Program-made: the position numbers and the translations under genes
Notes under the pieces: generated by a model
What the model saw: only the letters and a program-made list of their open reading frames with translations
Database searches by the model: none
Told to the model about the DNA's origin: nothing
Part shown: piece after piece, positions 9,958 to 22,262 of the stretch
How the letters are laid out: the number at the start of each line of letters is the position of its first letter
How positions within the stretch are numbered: the first letter of the stretch is position 1
Assembly: GCA_004764695.1 (NCBI GenBank)
Contig: SMSO01000007.1
Coordinates: forward strand, 1,433,270 to 1,497,269
DNA length: 64,000 nt
From: Schizochytrium sp. TIO01
Lineage: Eukaryota; Protista; Bigyra: Labyrinthulomycetes
Direction: 5' to 3'

Positions 9958-11549
9958 AAGCCCATAGCCCATTATCATTTGTGTATTTTTCTTTTTCGTT
10001 CTTTTATTTTCTTCATTTAGCCTCTGGGAAAAACTCAATCTTTGTTTTGTTCCTTGGTTTTACTAAACTTGCTATCCTTTCTAACAGGTCTTTCAAAAAA
10101 ACATGTTTTTTTAACTCTTTTCATCTCAAGAAGCTTGGCTATGGTTCGTCACAAGTTTACGCTTCTCCTAGATGAGTTCACTTCTCACCTTCACATCGAA
10201 ATCAAAGCTCGAGATCAAGAGGCGCATCTCTTGTTCTATATAATAGACTTATTTGCGCAATCAAGTCAAATAAAGCATCTCTTCCACGTAAATCCTATCT
10301 CCCATGATATCCATTCAATTGATCCAAGGTGCCCCCACAAGATAAAAGTTATAGACTGGTTCTTCCTCCAACCCTCTTGACCTCTGGTCGGTTATGTGCA
10401 ATTTTCGCTAATTAGCTTATTATAAAAGGCAATAGCCCCATTGAAAGTTTTATGCTGGCATCCGGCAATTCCTTCATTGCTACTACATTTTTATTATTTT
10501 AAAATAGGCCTCGTCCAACTGACTAGATGGCAAAGTGTGGATTTATATGTACCTAAAATACCACTCGTTTCTAGCAATGCAATGAAAAGTGGTCTCATTT
10601 TCTCTTGAATTTACTTTGTTCAAGGACCACCGAAAATCTTACTCCATCCTAAGCACTCTAATTTGGTCGCAGCAGGCAAGGGGGCTGCCGATAGCCTCTG
10701 GTTGTTCTGGTGCTGAGAGCTGAACGAATGAATAGTCAATGAAATATCTAAAAAGTTCAAATTTGGGTTTTAGCTCCATATTACTGACTATTGTTATTCG
10801 TTGCGAAATCATACAGACTAAGGTAGAACCTGTTTAGGTCAACTACCATCAAGTCACTTTGTAATATAGCCGTTGGGCATGTTAGGGTGGCTAGGGCACA
10901 CACCTGCAGCTTGTACTGGTAGCAGTAGGAGGTTAGGGAGGAAGGACTTTAGAGGTCAAAGTCGTTGGCGAAACCAATCTTGCTTAAACTGATCCTTAGG
11001 CAGGAAGCGTAGCTGAGAAAAGGTAACCTGCTTTATAGATCGTTTCGATAATAAAAAGGAAAGTGGTCTGCGGAGGTGGTACGCGCCTTGGGTGCTCAAA
11101 AGCCAACCTTCGACAAGAGTGCAATCGAACTATAACAGCACATGAGTGCATGCGAGTCTGACTTTGAGGCTGCGTGAGCGTTGATACTACTCGTGTTATC
11201 GAGGTTCTGTGGAAACGCTTTTGTTGATTGGTTAGCTAGCTGGTAGGCAGGCTGTCAGGGACGGATATACGCTTCCGTAGTTTTCGAGTTGCGTATAAGA
11301 AAGCGCTGAGGTAGATACTTGAAGAATCACGTGTTGATCGAGCTGCAAGCAGTAGCAAAAGCAATCAGCGCGGCGGCCTCAGCAAAAAAAATAAAAGTAT
11401 AGCTTGACGTGGAAGCTCTCCAACAATATATTCGCTTGGACCTGCTTCAAGAGGGGAAGAAAGCGAGTGAATAGTATATATTTGTCCTGTCCGTGAGCTA
11501 CTCGTGGATAGAGAAGTCACTACAACAGAGCACACGCTGGATCAAAGTC

Positions 11550-12368
11550 ATGGATACATTGCTAGAGACATCGCCAGAAGCTTGTGAGGATGAGGATGTA
11601 GAACAGAAGCTCCGGTTGGACCTTTCGATGCTGTCACTGGACAGCGTAAGCTCTCTGAGTCTCGATGAGAATAGCAGCATGGCCTGGCCTGGGCAAGGTG
11701 GGAGCCGAAAAGCCTCAATGAGCCAGCGTCGACGGGGCGTTCGCACAGAGATCCATCCTCAGCGACAGTCAACTCCACGAAGGAGATTATTCGAGGCAAG
11801 AATGGCGGACCAGGTGTTCACTAATAACTCAGGAAATTCATGTGGCGGTGGCGGTAGTACTAGTAGCAGCAGCAGTAGTACAGGCAGTTTGAGTGGGCGA
11901 TCAGGGTCTGTGGTCATAAGTAACAATGCCTCGCCAATCATAAGTCCACATATTCAAGAGGAGGTTGCATTGGCATTGACTCCAAGGTTGGCGCGGTCAT
12001 CAAGTCATATGGGTTTTGTAGCATCTGCGTCATCTTCGTCGCTGCTATCTTCTAACACAATGATATCACATAGCTATCGTGGCACGAGTGCGCGAGATCG
12101 CTCGTTTCGGTACATGAATGTGCGAGCTCGGCAGGGTGACCTTCGCGAGACGCGGTCGGCCCGTAGTCTATCTCGCGAGACATTGGAGTGTATTGCTGCA
12201 ACGGCTCGAGAGGTTGCTGCAGAGTCGCTGTTTACAGGTGCCAGGAATGTTGTTGCTGCATTTGCTTTAAGCAACAGTCAGTCTGCTGTTGATTTGCCAA
12301 CGTATATTTCTCCGCAATTTGGTAAGATGGATTCTGTTCGAGAGGACGCGGAGGAGGAAAACGAATGA
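11550..12368 (+). CDS. Hypothetical Ser/Arg-rich, probably disordered protein
   Basis: Long open frame (272 aa from the first ATG at 11550; the track start at 11493 is GTG). GC-richer than its flanks; no domain recognised. Confidence 0.65.
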   Translation: MDTLLETSPEACEDEDVEQKLRLDLSMLSLDSVSSLSLDENSSMAWPGQGGSRKASMSQRRRGVRTEIHPQRQSTPRRRLFEARMADQVFTNNSGNSCGGGGSTSSSSSSTGSLSGRSGSVVISNNASPIISPHIQEEVALALTPRLARSSSHMGFVASASSSSLLSSNTMISHSYRGTSARDRSFRYMNVRARQGDLRETRSARSLSRETLECIAATAREVAAESLFTGARNVVAAFALSNSQSAVDLPTYISPQFGKMDSVREDAEEENE

Positions 12369-13644
12369 GAATAAGAAACTACGAAATCCCTGCTTTCTTC
12401 TTTTGTCAAACCTCTTCAATTCAGTAGAGACATACATGTGTTATATATTGCCTATTGGAGCTCTTTGCCTAGAGTAATCCATCTTACATATCTATCTACC
12501 TTTTCATAGGAGCTTTCAATTTCCTTGTTCTGTTCGTTTATATCGAGGCTCTTTTTGATTGCCCCCCCTGCCCCCGTCAAACATGAACTGATGGGAGGCA
12601 TGTTGCTGGTGAAGGCGTCGAGGCTCGCTTTACCTGGGTTCTGTTTGCCAAGCTCTTGTTCATTAATAATCAGCTGCTATATTTTCTGGTGTTACCTTCT
12701 ATCTTGCGCTTGTAATGATTCGAAAAGGTCCAATCCTTACCACTACGTTCCAATGTGTTTACATTATTCTTTTGGATCCAGTCCTAAGATTAATTTGTGG
12801 AGTAAAGCATTTCAATAGATGTGATGACACCAATACTTTATTTGCCTGCAATGTTTGATTAGCAACAACAATAAATCAAGCATGTTTATCATTTGCAGTC
12901 TCTGTCACTATTATCTTTTTTATAAAACCACGTCGAAAGCCAGTAGTTAAGGCAAAGAGTAAACCGTCGTTTCCATTTAAAGCCAGAATTTGGCGTTGTA
13001 TCAACCTCTACATAACTTTGGACACACCGTCCCCATCGTATAGTGCAGAACTACTAAAACTACAATGAGTTAGTGTGTGGCTGTTTAGAATAGACGTTTA
13101 TTTGACTGGATGCATAATTCATTCATTGAATTTGTTGCCTACCAGAATTAACTGTAGGAAGAGGATTCAAAAAAATTGCATATAGTGTTTTGTTAACCAA
13201 CGCTCGCAATTGCTGTTAATTTAATAAATCTGGCCCGTTGTATAACTTTTTGAAAGAATTTATGATACGAATTAAATCGAGTCTGGGGTACTGGGTAGGT
13301 ATAGAAAGTAGAGGGGAGACCGCCTCTGAATGTGGTCAAAATTTGAGCTTTGCTTGGCTCTTGAAGATTATTTGGTCATACCATTATTTCCCTTAAGTTG
13401 TTAAGCGTGTGAGACTTGCCAAGGAAAACTTGTTCGATTCCTTTGACAGGAAAAGAAAGTCATATTTGCCAACTTAAGTTGGCACAAGAGCAATTGTACG
13501 TAGACATATGTGAATTTGTGAGAGTAGTGTAGAGAGAATTACAAAACCCAAAGTAGGAACGTCCTTGCTTATAATTTTCTTAGTATCTTAGTATCTTCTT
13601 TTCGCTCAGGAATCACATAAAAGGTGGGGCATATGCCCGCGTTA

Positions 13645-13673
13645 GGGGGGGGGAGAGAGAGAGAGAGAGAGAG
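13645..13673. repeat. G-run plus (GA)n microsatellite
   Basis: Directly visible G9 followed by (GA)n. Confidence 0.9.
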
Positions 13674-14371
13674 GACATAGGTAGCGTTGGTGTGCGCATG
13701 AATACGTACGTGTGAATCGTTATCTGGATGAGCAGCAACGTCACGAGCAAGCTCGTCGCCTTCCTTAATGCCGTTGATAGTTTACCATCAAACAATATCA
13801 TCTAGACAAATCAAAAGAAGCTGAAAATCAGAGACGGGAAGGAATTGTTGGAGACGGAGATTGCGATCGAGGGCGCGCCATCAGAGGACGATTTCGTGGT
13901 TGACTGGGTGGCCAGCTGACTGAGGAGACTGGGTAGGTGAATGAAAATGCATATGAAGCATGCTCAGTCTTCCCTGTTCGTGTTAAAAAAGTGAATCACC
14001 CGGATCAGCTAGATGGGTTTAAGTCAGAATTAGGACTCTGCCGAGCAGAATTCTTGTGATGGGCACCATACCCTGCATAGACGTATCTTTAAAGAATTCA
14101 TACATGCGAGTAGGTTTCTGAAACAAGGTGTAAGCCCATCATCAGGCACAAGATTCAGCTCGTTAGGGTTTCCGACTAGCCTGAAACAGCATTTGCATCG
14201 TCTGCGCCATTTGCAGCATCTGCGACATATTTTGAGATGAGGTAAAGAAGGCAAATAACCTCAACAGCCAGTTCGGTAGCCAGGCAGCCACTCAGTGAAG
14301 TGAGTCAGTCCCGAGCAAAGTTGTCAGGCCGACCCCGTCATTCTAAATTTTATGAATCTCGCTGGTATAAC

Positions 14372-15586
14372 TTAGTTAGACTTTGCGGGCTCCTCAGCCT
14401 TCTTAGCATCAACGGCAGCGGCCTTTTCGGGCACCTTAACGTCAACGGGCTTGGCAGCTCCAAAAATAGAGGAGCTCCTTGCTTGAGAAGCGGAAGCCGC
14501 AGGGGGGTCCTTCTTGGTCCTGGACGCGAGCTTGAGACGGGGTCTCTCGGCCTCATCCTGTGCTGTGGGTTCAGGAGGGAGCTCATCGTTGCGGGCTCCT
14601 CCAAACCCGCCCTCGGCCGGGGCGCCAGCAGCTGCGTTACCAGCGCCACGGCGGGCAACTCCGAATGCCGAGTTATCGTGGCCAAAGTCTCCTCCGCGGT
14701 CGTTGCGGCTTCTGCTGGATCCAAAGGCATCGCTTCCAGCACGGTCCTCATTGTAGCCACCTGCTCCGGCGCCAAAGCCGTCGTTGCCTCCAAAGCCGAC
14801 GCCGCGCGAGTTGCCACGGCTGCCTCCGTGGCCTCCGTTGCCACCGTTACCTCCAGGTCCACCGCGGCGGTTACCACCCTTCTGGTCCGCAACGTTGATA
14901 CGAAGCTCACGGTTACCCCACGGCTGTCCATTGTACTGCAGCGCGTGCACGAGAGACTGCTTGTCGTTGAACTCAACGTAGCCCATGCCGCGGGACTCTC
15001 CAGTCTCACGATCGTAGGCAATACGGACATCCTTGATGGAGAGACCGTCGAAGAGAGCCTCGAGGTCACCCTGGACGGTCTCGTACGGGATGTTGCCCAC
15101 GAAGGCCGTGAAGGGAGGCTCATCTGGCACAGCGCGCTGGCCGTGACCGCCGCTGCCTCCTGCGCCACCACCGTAGCTCGAGAAGGCACCGCCGCCACGG
15201 TCACCACCGTTGCGGTCGCCGCCGTTGCGGTCGCCGCCGTTGCGTCCACCGAAGCCGCCACCGCGTCCACCGCGGTCGCCGCGGTCGCCGCCACGGCCAC
15301 CACCCTGGCCCTTGGGCTGAGCGAGGTCGATGCGAAGACGGCGGCCCATCCACTCGGAGTTGTTGTAGCCGAGGGCGGTGTTGAGGGATTCCTCATCGCT
15401 AAACTCAACGTAGCCGAATCCCTTGAAGGTGCCTTCCTCGCGGTCGTGGATCAGGCGCACCTGCTCCACGTTGAGCCCCTGGAAGAGCGCATCGATGTCG
15501 CCTTGGGTGCACTCGAAGGGCAGGTTGCCGATGAAGACCGTCAGCTGGCCCTGCTGCGAGGACCCGCCGCCCGCAAAAGCAGACAT
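14372..15586 (-). CDS. eIF4B/eIF4H-family translation initiation factor with two RRMs and RGG linkers
   Basis: RRM1 VFIGNLPF..KGFGYVEF and RRM2 PPFTAFVGNIPY..RGMGYVEF; C-terminal ERPRLKLASRT and SSIFGAAKPVD motifs typical of eIF4B/4H; strong GC-rich codon bias. Confidence 0.88.
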   Translation of the reverse strand: MSAFAGGGSSQQGQLTVFIGNLPFECTQGDIDALFQGLNVEQVRLIHDREEGTFKGFGYVEFSDEESLNTALGYNNSEWMGRRLRIDLAQPKGQGGGRGGDRGDRGGRGGGFGGRNGGDRNGGDRNGGDRGGGAFSSYGGGAGGSGGHGQRAVPDEPPFTAFVGNIPYETVQGDLEALFDGLSIKDVRIAYDRETGESRGMGYVEFNDKQSLVHALQYNGQPWGNRELRINVADQKGGNRRGGPGGNGGNGGHGGSRGNSRGVGFGGNDGFGAGAGGYNEDRAGSDAFGSSRSRNDRGGDFGHDNSAFGVARRGAGNAAAGAPAEGGFGGARNDELPPEPTAQDEAERPRLKLASRTKKDPPAASASQARSSSIFGAAKPVDVKVPEKAAAVDAKKAEEPAKSN

Positions 15587-15712
15587 GATGGAGTCGAAGT
15601 TAAGAGGAGACGGAGAGTCGGAGCGGAGCGCGAACGGACGGACGGAGTGTCGGAGCGAAGAGCGGACGAGACGAAGGCCTGCCTGCTGCTCGGCTGCTGG
15701 TCTGCCTCCTCG

Positions 15713-15731
15713 ATCTCTATCTCCATCTCTA

Positions 15732-15791
<60 letters not shown>
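15713..15791. repeat. (CT)n/CTCTAT microsatellite upstream of the eIF4B/H gene
   Basis: About 80 bp of tctctatctctc arrays, about 130 bp 5' of the ATG at 15586. Confidence 0.92.
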
Positions 15792-16424
15792 CAGATCAAT
15801 CATTCGCCTCTATTATTCACCCGTTTGCTCTACTGTACGCCGCCCACCTTACTATGCGCTATCCCCTATTCTCCACTTGCCGCCCCCGCTATACCCCACT
15901 TGCCGCATCCTATAGCCTATTGTGGGGTCTTCTCCATTCATCGCTCACTGATTTCTTAGATAGATACCTCCTTCTTCCTGAACATTTGTAGAACTGGTAG
16001 GACCCCACTAAGGCTCCACTAGGCCGCAGCTAGGCGGTTGGCTAGAACTAACTCGATAGATGATTCGTGAAGATGGACAAACAAACAAGTCAATCGATGC
16101 TTCGATGCCTCGATCGCTTTCGATTGCGGTCATTGCACTCACTGCATTGCATGTATGAGCGACCGGTCGACTGGAAGATGTGAGGAAACTCTTCGTGAGT
16201 GAGCGAGTGTGTATAGATAGATATATCTGCTCAGTCAGGTACCTAACTACTGAGACGGCTTGAGAATAAATGGATACCCTAATCAATAATTAATACCAAC
16301 AAATCAAACAAATAAAGTCATAGCGATAGGAACGAATCATATGACCTTTTATTTAATTAATTAAATTAAAAAAGTCATTCAAGTGTTGAGATTCTATTCT
16401 TTTTAATTAACAGACATGATTTTA

Positions 16425-16425
16425 A

Positions 16426-16461
<36 letters not shown>

Positions 16462-16462
16462 G
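16425..16462. repeat. (AAAG)n microsatellite
   Basis: Directly visible. Confidence 0.9.
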
Positions 16463-17542
16463 GAACAAAAATAGAACTTCATTGACAACGATTCGACGAT
16501 TCCGACTCCTACGCAATTGCATAGTACCGCTCTACCGGTAGGCCTGTTCTCTCGGCGGCGGAGCATCAGAACAGCAAAAGAACACCTCGAATGATTGATG
16601 GCTTCAATTTGCTTAGTTTGCACCAATAATCAACTGCACCGAAGGTTGATTTGCTTCGCAAGCTGTGACAGGTGCCTCAGATGTGGGGCGTATCCTCTTC
16701 CTCGAATCGAGCCCATCGACCATTGACTGATCGATCGATCGATCGATGGGTTTTTGGCTGATGATAGGCCGATCGTGAGGGAATCAGCTTATCATGATGG
16801 CCTTGTATGGCCAGAATGTTTCACTGTGTGGCCAGAATAACTCACTTGTTCCCTCTGGGCATACACAGAGTTTTAATCGCGTACTATAGGCTAAACCGCC
16901 ATTCCTCACTTTCCATTCAGGAGCCACTAGGACAACCAATGGATCAAAAACGCTAAGCTACTCAGGCACCCTTACTGTTTTGCGTAGAAGGGCCTCTAGC
17001 GGCCTAGCTAGGTACAAAAGCCACGAGCAGAAGAAGAAATGAATCCAACGAGGTATTCTCAACACCTAAAGCCATCGGTGCATCAAAAGAGCCGCCACTC
17101 TTAAGAGGAAAATCAGCAGTCTAGCAAGAGATGCACCTATATCCTCACTGCATAACTTCAGCATTTCTAGCTCCCTTGAAGTTGATCTACATCGAAGCAA
17201 GCCGCTTTGCAAACTAAGCACTCCTACTCATGGCATTTAATGTCTCAGTACCATGTATATACAGGTGTCGCTATGACTCCTCTACTGCTACTCATGCGCT
17301 ATGTAACTGTTAGGCGAAGGCCAATCTATCTATTTTTTTGATTGATAAAAAGAAAGAAAGAGAGATCAAAGGATAAAAACACGTGGACTGTCTGTCATAG
17401 AGAATGAGAAGCAAGGAACTACGCGGCCTCAGCAGATCCATGACGTTGGTGTGCTTTCTCGACTTGGCCTGAGTCTTCGGCACTTTCTTGAAGCTCCGCA
17501 TTGGCTATCATGAAACTCAAACCAAGCCAAGTACGGGTTTGA

Positions 17543-17573
17543 GAAAGAAAGAAAGAATGAAAGAAAGAATGAA

Positions 17574-17604
<31 letters not shown>
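17543..17604. repeat. (GAAA)n imperfect microsatellite
   Basis: Directly visible. Confidence 0.9.
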
Positions 17605-18958
17605 CGCTCTCCCTTACTGGTTCTGCGTATTTGGCCCTACTAGTAGTGCATGCCTGAGTGTTTTATTCTTTTTTTACGATAGTAACATACTTACTTCCAT
17701 ACAGATATGGGTGGTAGTAGTAGCCCTGATATCAATAGGCGGCAGTAGAATCTGAGCAGGAATCGTCGTTTACTGTTTGTTGATAACATCTGGTACTCAC
17801 AAACCCGGCAAATAATGAAACTTAGACTCCTCGACTTGCCAAGGACACATTGACAATAATGTCTTTGATGAGGTTTACTCTGGTCTTCGAGATCTCGAGA
17901 TTTCCATTCGAAGAAACGTAATGTTGGGAAGATCAGGAACGGCGAGAACGCTCTCGCATCCTCGCGAGAAATCTTGAGACCTTGAAGGTGGATCGTGCAA
18001 TAGATGGAGAAAGGGGAAGATACATTTGCGAAGAGGTTTGGAGCATGGCCTTCTTGCTTTAATATACGGTTCTACCTCAAATCAAGTGGAAAAATGTTGC
18101 TTCTGACTACCTCCTGTATAGAACCATACTTGGATTCATTTCTCAGCAAACAACTATTAGCAGATATCCTATACTTAACGTTTCCAGGATAACCAGACAT
18201 ATTAAATATTCTCAGGGTATCTCAATATAAATGAGGAAACTTAGACCTCTGAAGTCATGTGTAGCTTTATTAAGGCTAGAAAAGCAAGACTATAGCGTTA
18301 TCATGTCAGATTTTCATACAATAGAACTTAAATTCGTTAGAGCCCATGAAGAAACCTGAGGCTGTGAATGGGTCTTATAAGACACATGTAAATTAATAGG
18401 TGAGATCACAATACTGATTACAATAATCCTGATTTCCTGGTATCGATAGACACCGTGTCCCACATTGATGCTGCTGGCGGCATTTTTCTGGTAAATGTTT
18501 TCTGAATTTGCTCAGTGACTTGGTACATCTGATGGCAAGCCTCTTTGGTATTTTCTCCCATAATAACCTAAGCCTCCATTCATAGAAGTATCCTTGCTCT
18601 GAGAGAAGTTGCAAGACGCGCATCGTCATCATCTCTCATGCGAGAATCAGCAAGACTAGGCGTCGCATTGAATTGCGGCGCTACTTCCATTCTCACTAGC
18701 TCTCAACTAAGGCTCCACGTATTATGTAGTAAAAACTCAAACCAAAACAATCACTCACTGAAGGAAAGTAGTTAATTACTGCGCATATCAGTATCGACAA
18801 TTTGATTTGGATAGATAGAGATTGACCTCAGGCACGGCAAAACCAAACTCCGTCGACCCAGATATCCGCTGAAAATCCTCGGCTTACTCCGACACGTCAG
18901 TAGTCTCCTCCAGTAGAACAAGTCACAGCAGCAGCGGCAGCAGCTTGGATTCGCCAGG

Positions 18959-19270
18959 ATGGCCAAGGACAGCACTTCGATGGAGCGGATGAACGAGGGC
19001 GAGGAGGCTTCGGCAGCCGGCGTGACCACGAGCGGCCAGAGCATCCAAGAGGCCCTTCAAGAGCTCGCCGCAGCCGAGACCAAGGCTAAGGAACAAGAGC
19101 TTGTCCGCGAACAGGCCCTCGCCAAGGTTGCCGTGCAGGACGCCGACGTGAACCTCGTGGCTGCGGAGTTCGAGCTCGATAAGGCCCGCGCTCTCCGCGT
19201 TCTCCGCGAAAACGACGGCGACCTTCAGAAGGCTATCTCAAGCCTCATCAAGCCCACTGCATCTTCATAG
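18959..19270 (+). CDS. HYPK: Huntingtin-interacting protein K (NatA-associated, UBA-like domain)
   Basis: 103 aa; C-terminal LAKVAVQDADVNLVAAEFELDKARALRVLRENDGDLQKAISSLI matches the HYPK UBA-like domain; strong codon bias. Confidence 0.88.
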   Translation: MAKDSTSMERMNEGEEASAAGVTTSGQSIQEALQELAAAETKAKEQELVREQALAKVAVQDADVNLVAAEFELDKARALRVLRENDGDLQKAISSLIKPTASS

Positions 19271-22262
19271 ATCACATTGGTACTAAGCCTCTGCATTGCC
19301 CAAGCTTGGAATTGCTCCATGCATATTTTGTAAAGTTTGTTGCGTTCAGTTTACCTAAGACATGCGCCAGGGAGGATCATTAGCAATACAACAAGATGTT
19401 GCATGAAGGCGAGAGGTCTTCAACCAGCCTCTACACTATAGGCTGTTTGATGTGTTGTGCCTATGCCGAAAGACATGATGCTTTACGGAATGTGCGTGAA
19501 ACATGTAATGCATGTATTATTTGGCTTAGGCGACTGGTCGAGTATACGTTGTTCGTGACGCCCAAGTGTCACTTTAGTTTTAGCCATATATATGGCATAC
19601 GAAAATTTATGGGGAACACCCACAAGCTTCTTCAATTGGTGGCATGTGATGATTATGATAGCTTCGGTGCTAAGAGCTAAACACACGCCAAGCTTCCATT
19701 ATAACTTAGGACATCTCTCATTCTTATATCGCATGTTTCTCGGATATCTCGAAAGGGACCCCAAGAAATATCACACTCCATGCGGAGAATTAAGTTCTGA
19801 GTCGGTCATTTTAAAGACCAAGTGTCAACTTTAAAATAGAAATAAAGAACAAAGATGTTTTCCCTTTGAGTCTCAAACCTTGCCAATTTAAGACGTTCAG
19901 GACAAACTTTGGAAACCTTCCTTGAAAAGAGAGCAAACCTACACTCCACATGATTAGATGTTGCATATTTAAACATCAAATGAAGCTTCAATATGAAGAA
20001 TTAATATTTTTGAAAAATAAAATGATTGGAACACTGGGAAAATAAACAGAGCAAATAACGGAGAGCATTTATGAAAAGAAAATTTGACCACATCTCTTTT
20101 GCCGCCACCTTCTCCTCTTCATTACATTTGGTCGCGTATAGATTGTATCATATACTCGGAAGTCCTTCAAGAGAAGGTTTTCTATTTTAAAAATCAATGT
20201 ATATTTCAATCTAGCAACTTACTGAGTAATCCACTTCATCAATTCTCTCAGGTAGACCCTTTCTTATCGAAGTTAAAAAGCAAAACCCTCAAAATAAATA
20301 CATTGAACCTATTCTCTTTCAAGAACATGATATCGTATACCTCACTAAACAGATACTTCGTTTCGCAATCATTTTATTGGGTTAACCCTTGAATCAACCC
20401 GAAAGAGTAGGAAAGACTTACTCGCGTGTTTCTTCTCTCTTGTCAGATGCCCCTTTCATCAAACCTTTTATTTGGCCTAAAACTCAAGCCAGAGAATATC
20501 ATATGCATGTTGTTCTTCGTATCCAAGTATCTGTGGTGCCAAGTTTATTTTGACTTCCAGAAGTTTGCTTTAGGAACTTGTGAATCTCCTTAGGGCGATC
20601 GTCAGATTGCGCTTCATAGTCCGTTAAGTAAAGCAAGTGGTTCCTATGCGATTAGGACTAGAAAAGGTTTCGTGAAAGTGTTCTCTTGTATAATTGAGAC
20701 CGCAAATATGGGCTTCAACTGGACATGGAACTTGAATTGCATCCGCGCAAGTGCAGTCTCTGACGAACATCAGATTGCGCTGATGAGCTTGATTGTCGAT
20801 TGAAGCTAGTATGAAGTGTCAGGTGCAGAAAAATGTCCTTTAAAAAATCAAAAATTAAAAAGAACAGCACGTTTCTACAAGATATGCCCGATCAAGGTTT
20901 AAGAGGGATAGCCAGATCCACATTGTTTTCGTCGCCATGTTTTTCTTTCAAAGTTAAAAGCTGTAGTTCATGCTTGAACTTTTCTCATCTCCAAGCTCAA
21001 AATAATGTAGGGTTTTGCTACTAACTCGAAGACTTAAAGAGCATGCACTCCGGTTGCTGATGCAGGTTGAACGGTATATCATTTATTCCAAATCGCAGCA
21101 CACTTTCCTTTCTTCTTTATTCTTTTCAACACTCTTGTAGCTAGTGATAGTGTGGAACGAACCCGTAAGCCTCCTCCTCCTTTATCCCTCGCCTTGTCTG
21201 CTTTCATTCTATAATTCGCCTCCAATTTTATACCTGTACTATGGCAGGTATCAGTTTTCAGCAAACATATCAACATTTGCTAGAGCCACAAATTATATGC
21301 ATAGAAGCAGTCAAAATCTTTGTGAGGACTTCTCCTATTTTTATTTTTAGTTTCTTTTTACAACAAAACATAAAAAAGTAAACCTAGCAGAAATCACATT
21401 CGAATCCATCCTGTTTCTGTCTAACGCAAGCCAACGAATAGCATTTTCTTCCTGAATGTAACGATTTCAAACTAACTTACTCTTGACGTTACGCTGCAAT
21501 CATATGACGCCTCACTGTTCAGTTTCTTCCAGTCTAGGCCTAAGTTGAACTACAGATCTCAGAAGCTTCATTGTTCACCGCACTCACTAGATGATCATAA
21601 TACCTAGATCAAAGGCTATATAGTTGAAGTGTACTGTTCGTCACAAGAATCTCAAATGCAAACAATATCTGGAACTATTAGAGTTCGAAAAGAGGAGCGA
21701 AAGTTATGAAGAAGCTTCTACTGTTTTGCGTGGAGGATAATTATAAACAGATTTTTGGCAGATAGCAACTCTCTTTGCTCAATTCATTCTTGCTCTTCTT
21801 TACTTTACTTTTACTCTTACTTTTACTATTTTAATTAAAATTAAAACTAGATAAATAAAAGAAAGAATAAGAAAGAAGCAAAATGTATGCTTGAATTACT
21901 CCATCTCAGAAATTATATACCTAGACGGTGAACTATGCGCAAGTTATCGATCATGATTGATTCGAGCAAGCTGGTATATACTAAGAGTAGTTCTTCGTAA
22001 TACAAGAGCGAATGAAAAACCCTCATCTCTTTTTTCATTTCTTTTAATTAAAAAAGTATATATATATACGAAAATTACACGGTAGTTCTTCTGTATACGA
22101 ACTCAACTGTTGGTTGTCCGGGCGACATTTTTGCAGCAAAACCCAAACTTAAGAGTTGCAATAAAGTCAGGAAAATCATCGTTCGAGAAAACAATATCAA
22201 AATCTTTAAAAGACCCTAGAAAGACAACAGTTGTTGCATAAGTTTTCGAAAAGTACTCCAAG

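Noticed and set aside
14300-15991. 563-aa plus-strand ORF and 352-aa alternative minus-frame ORF over the eIF4B/H gene
   Set aside because: Shadow frames of a GC-rich, codon-biased gene. Their translations are low-complexity and the plus ORF runs through the CT microsatellite.
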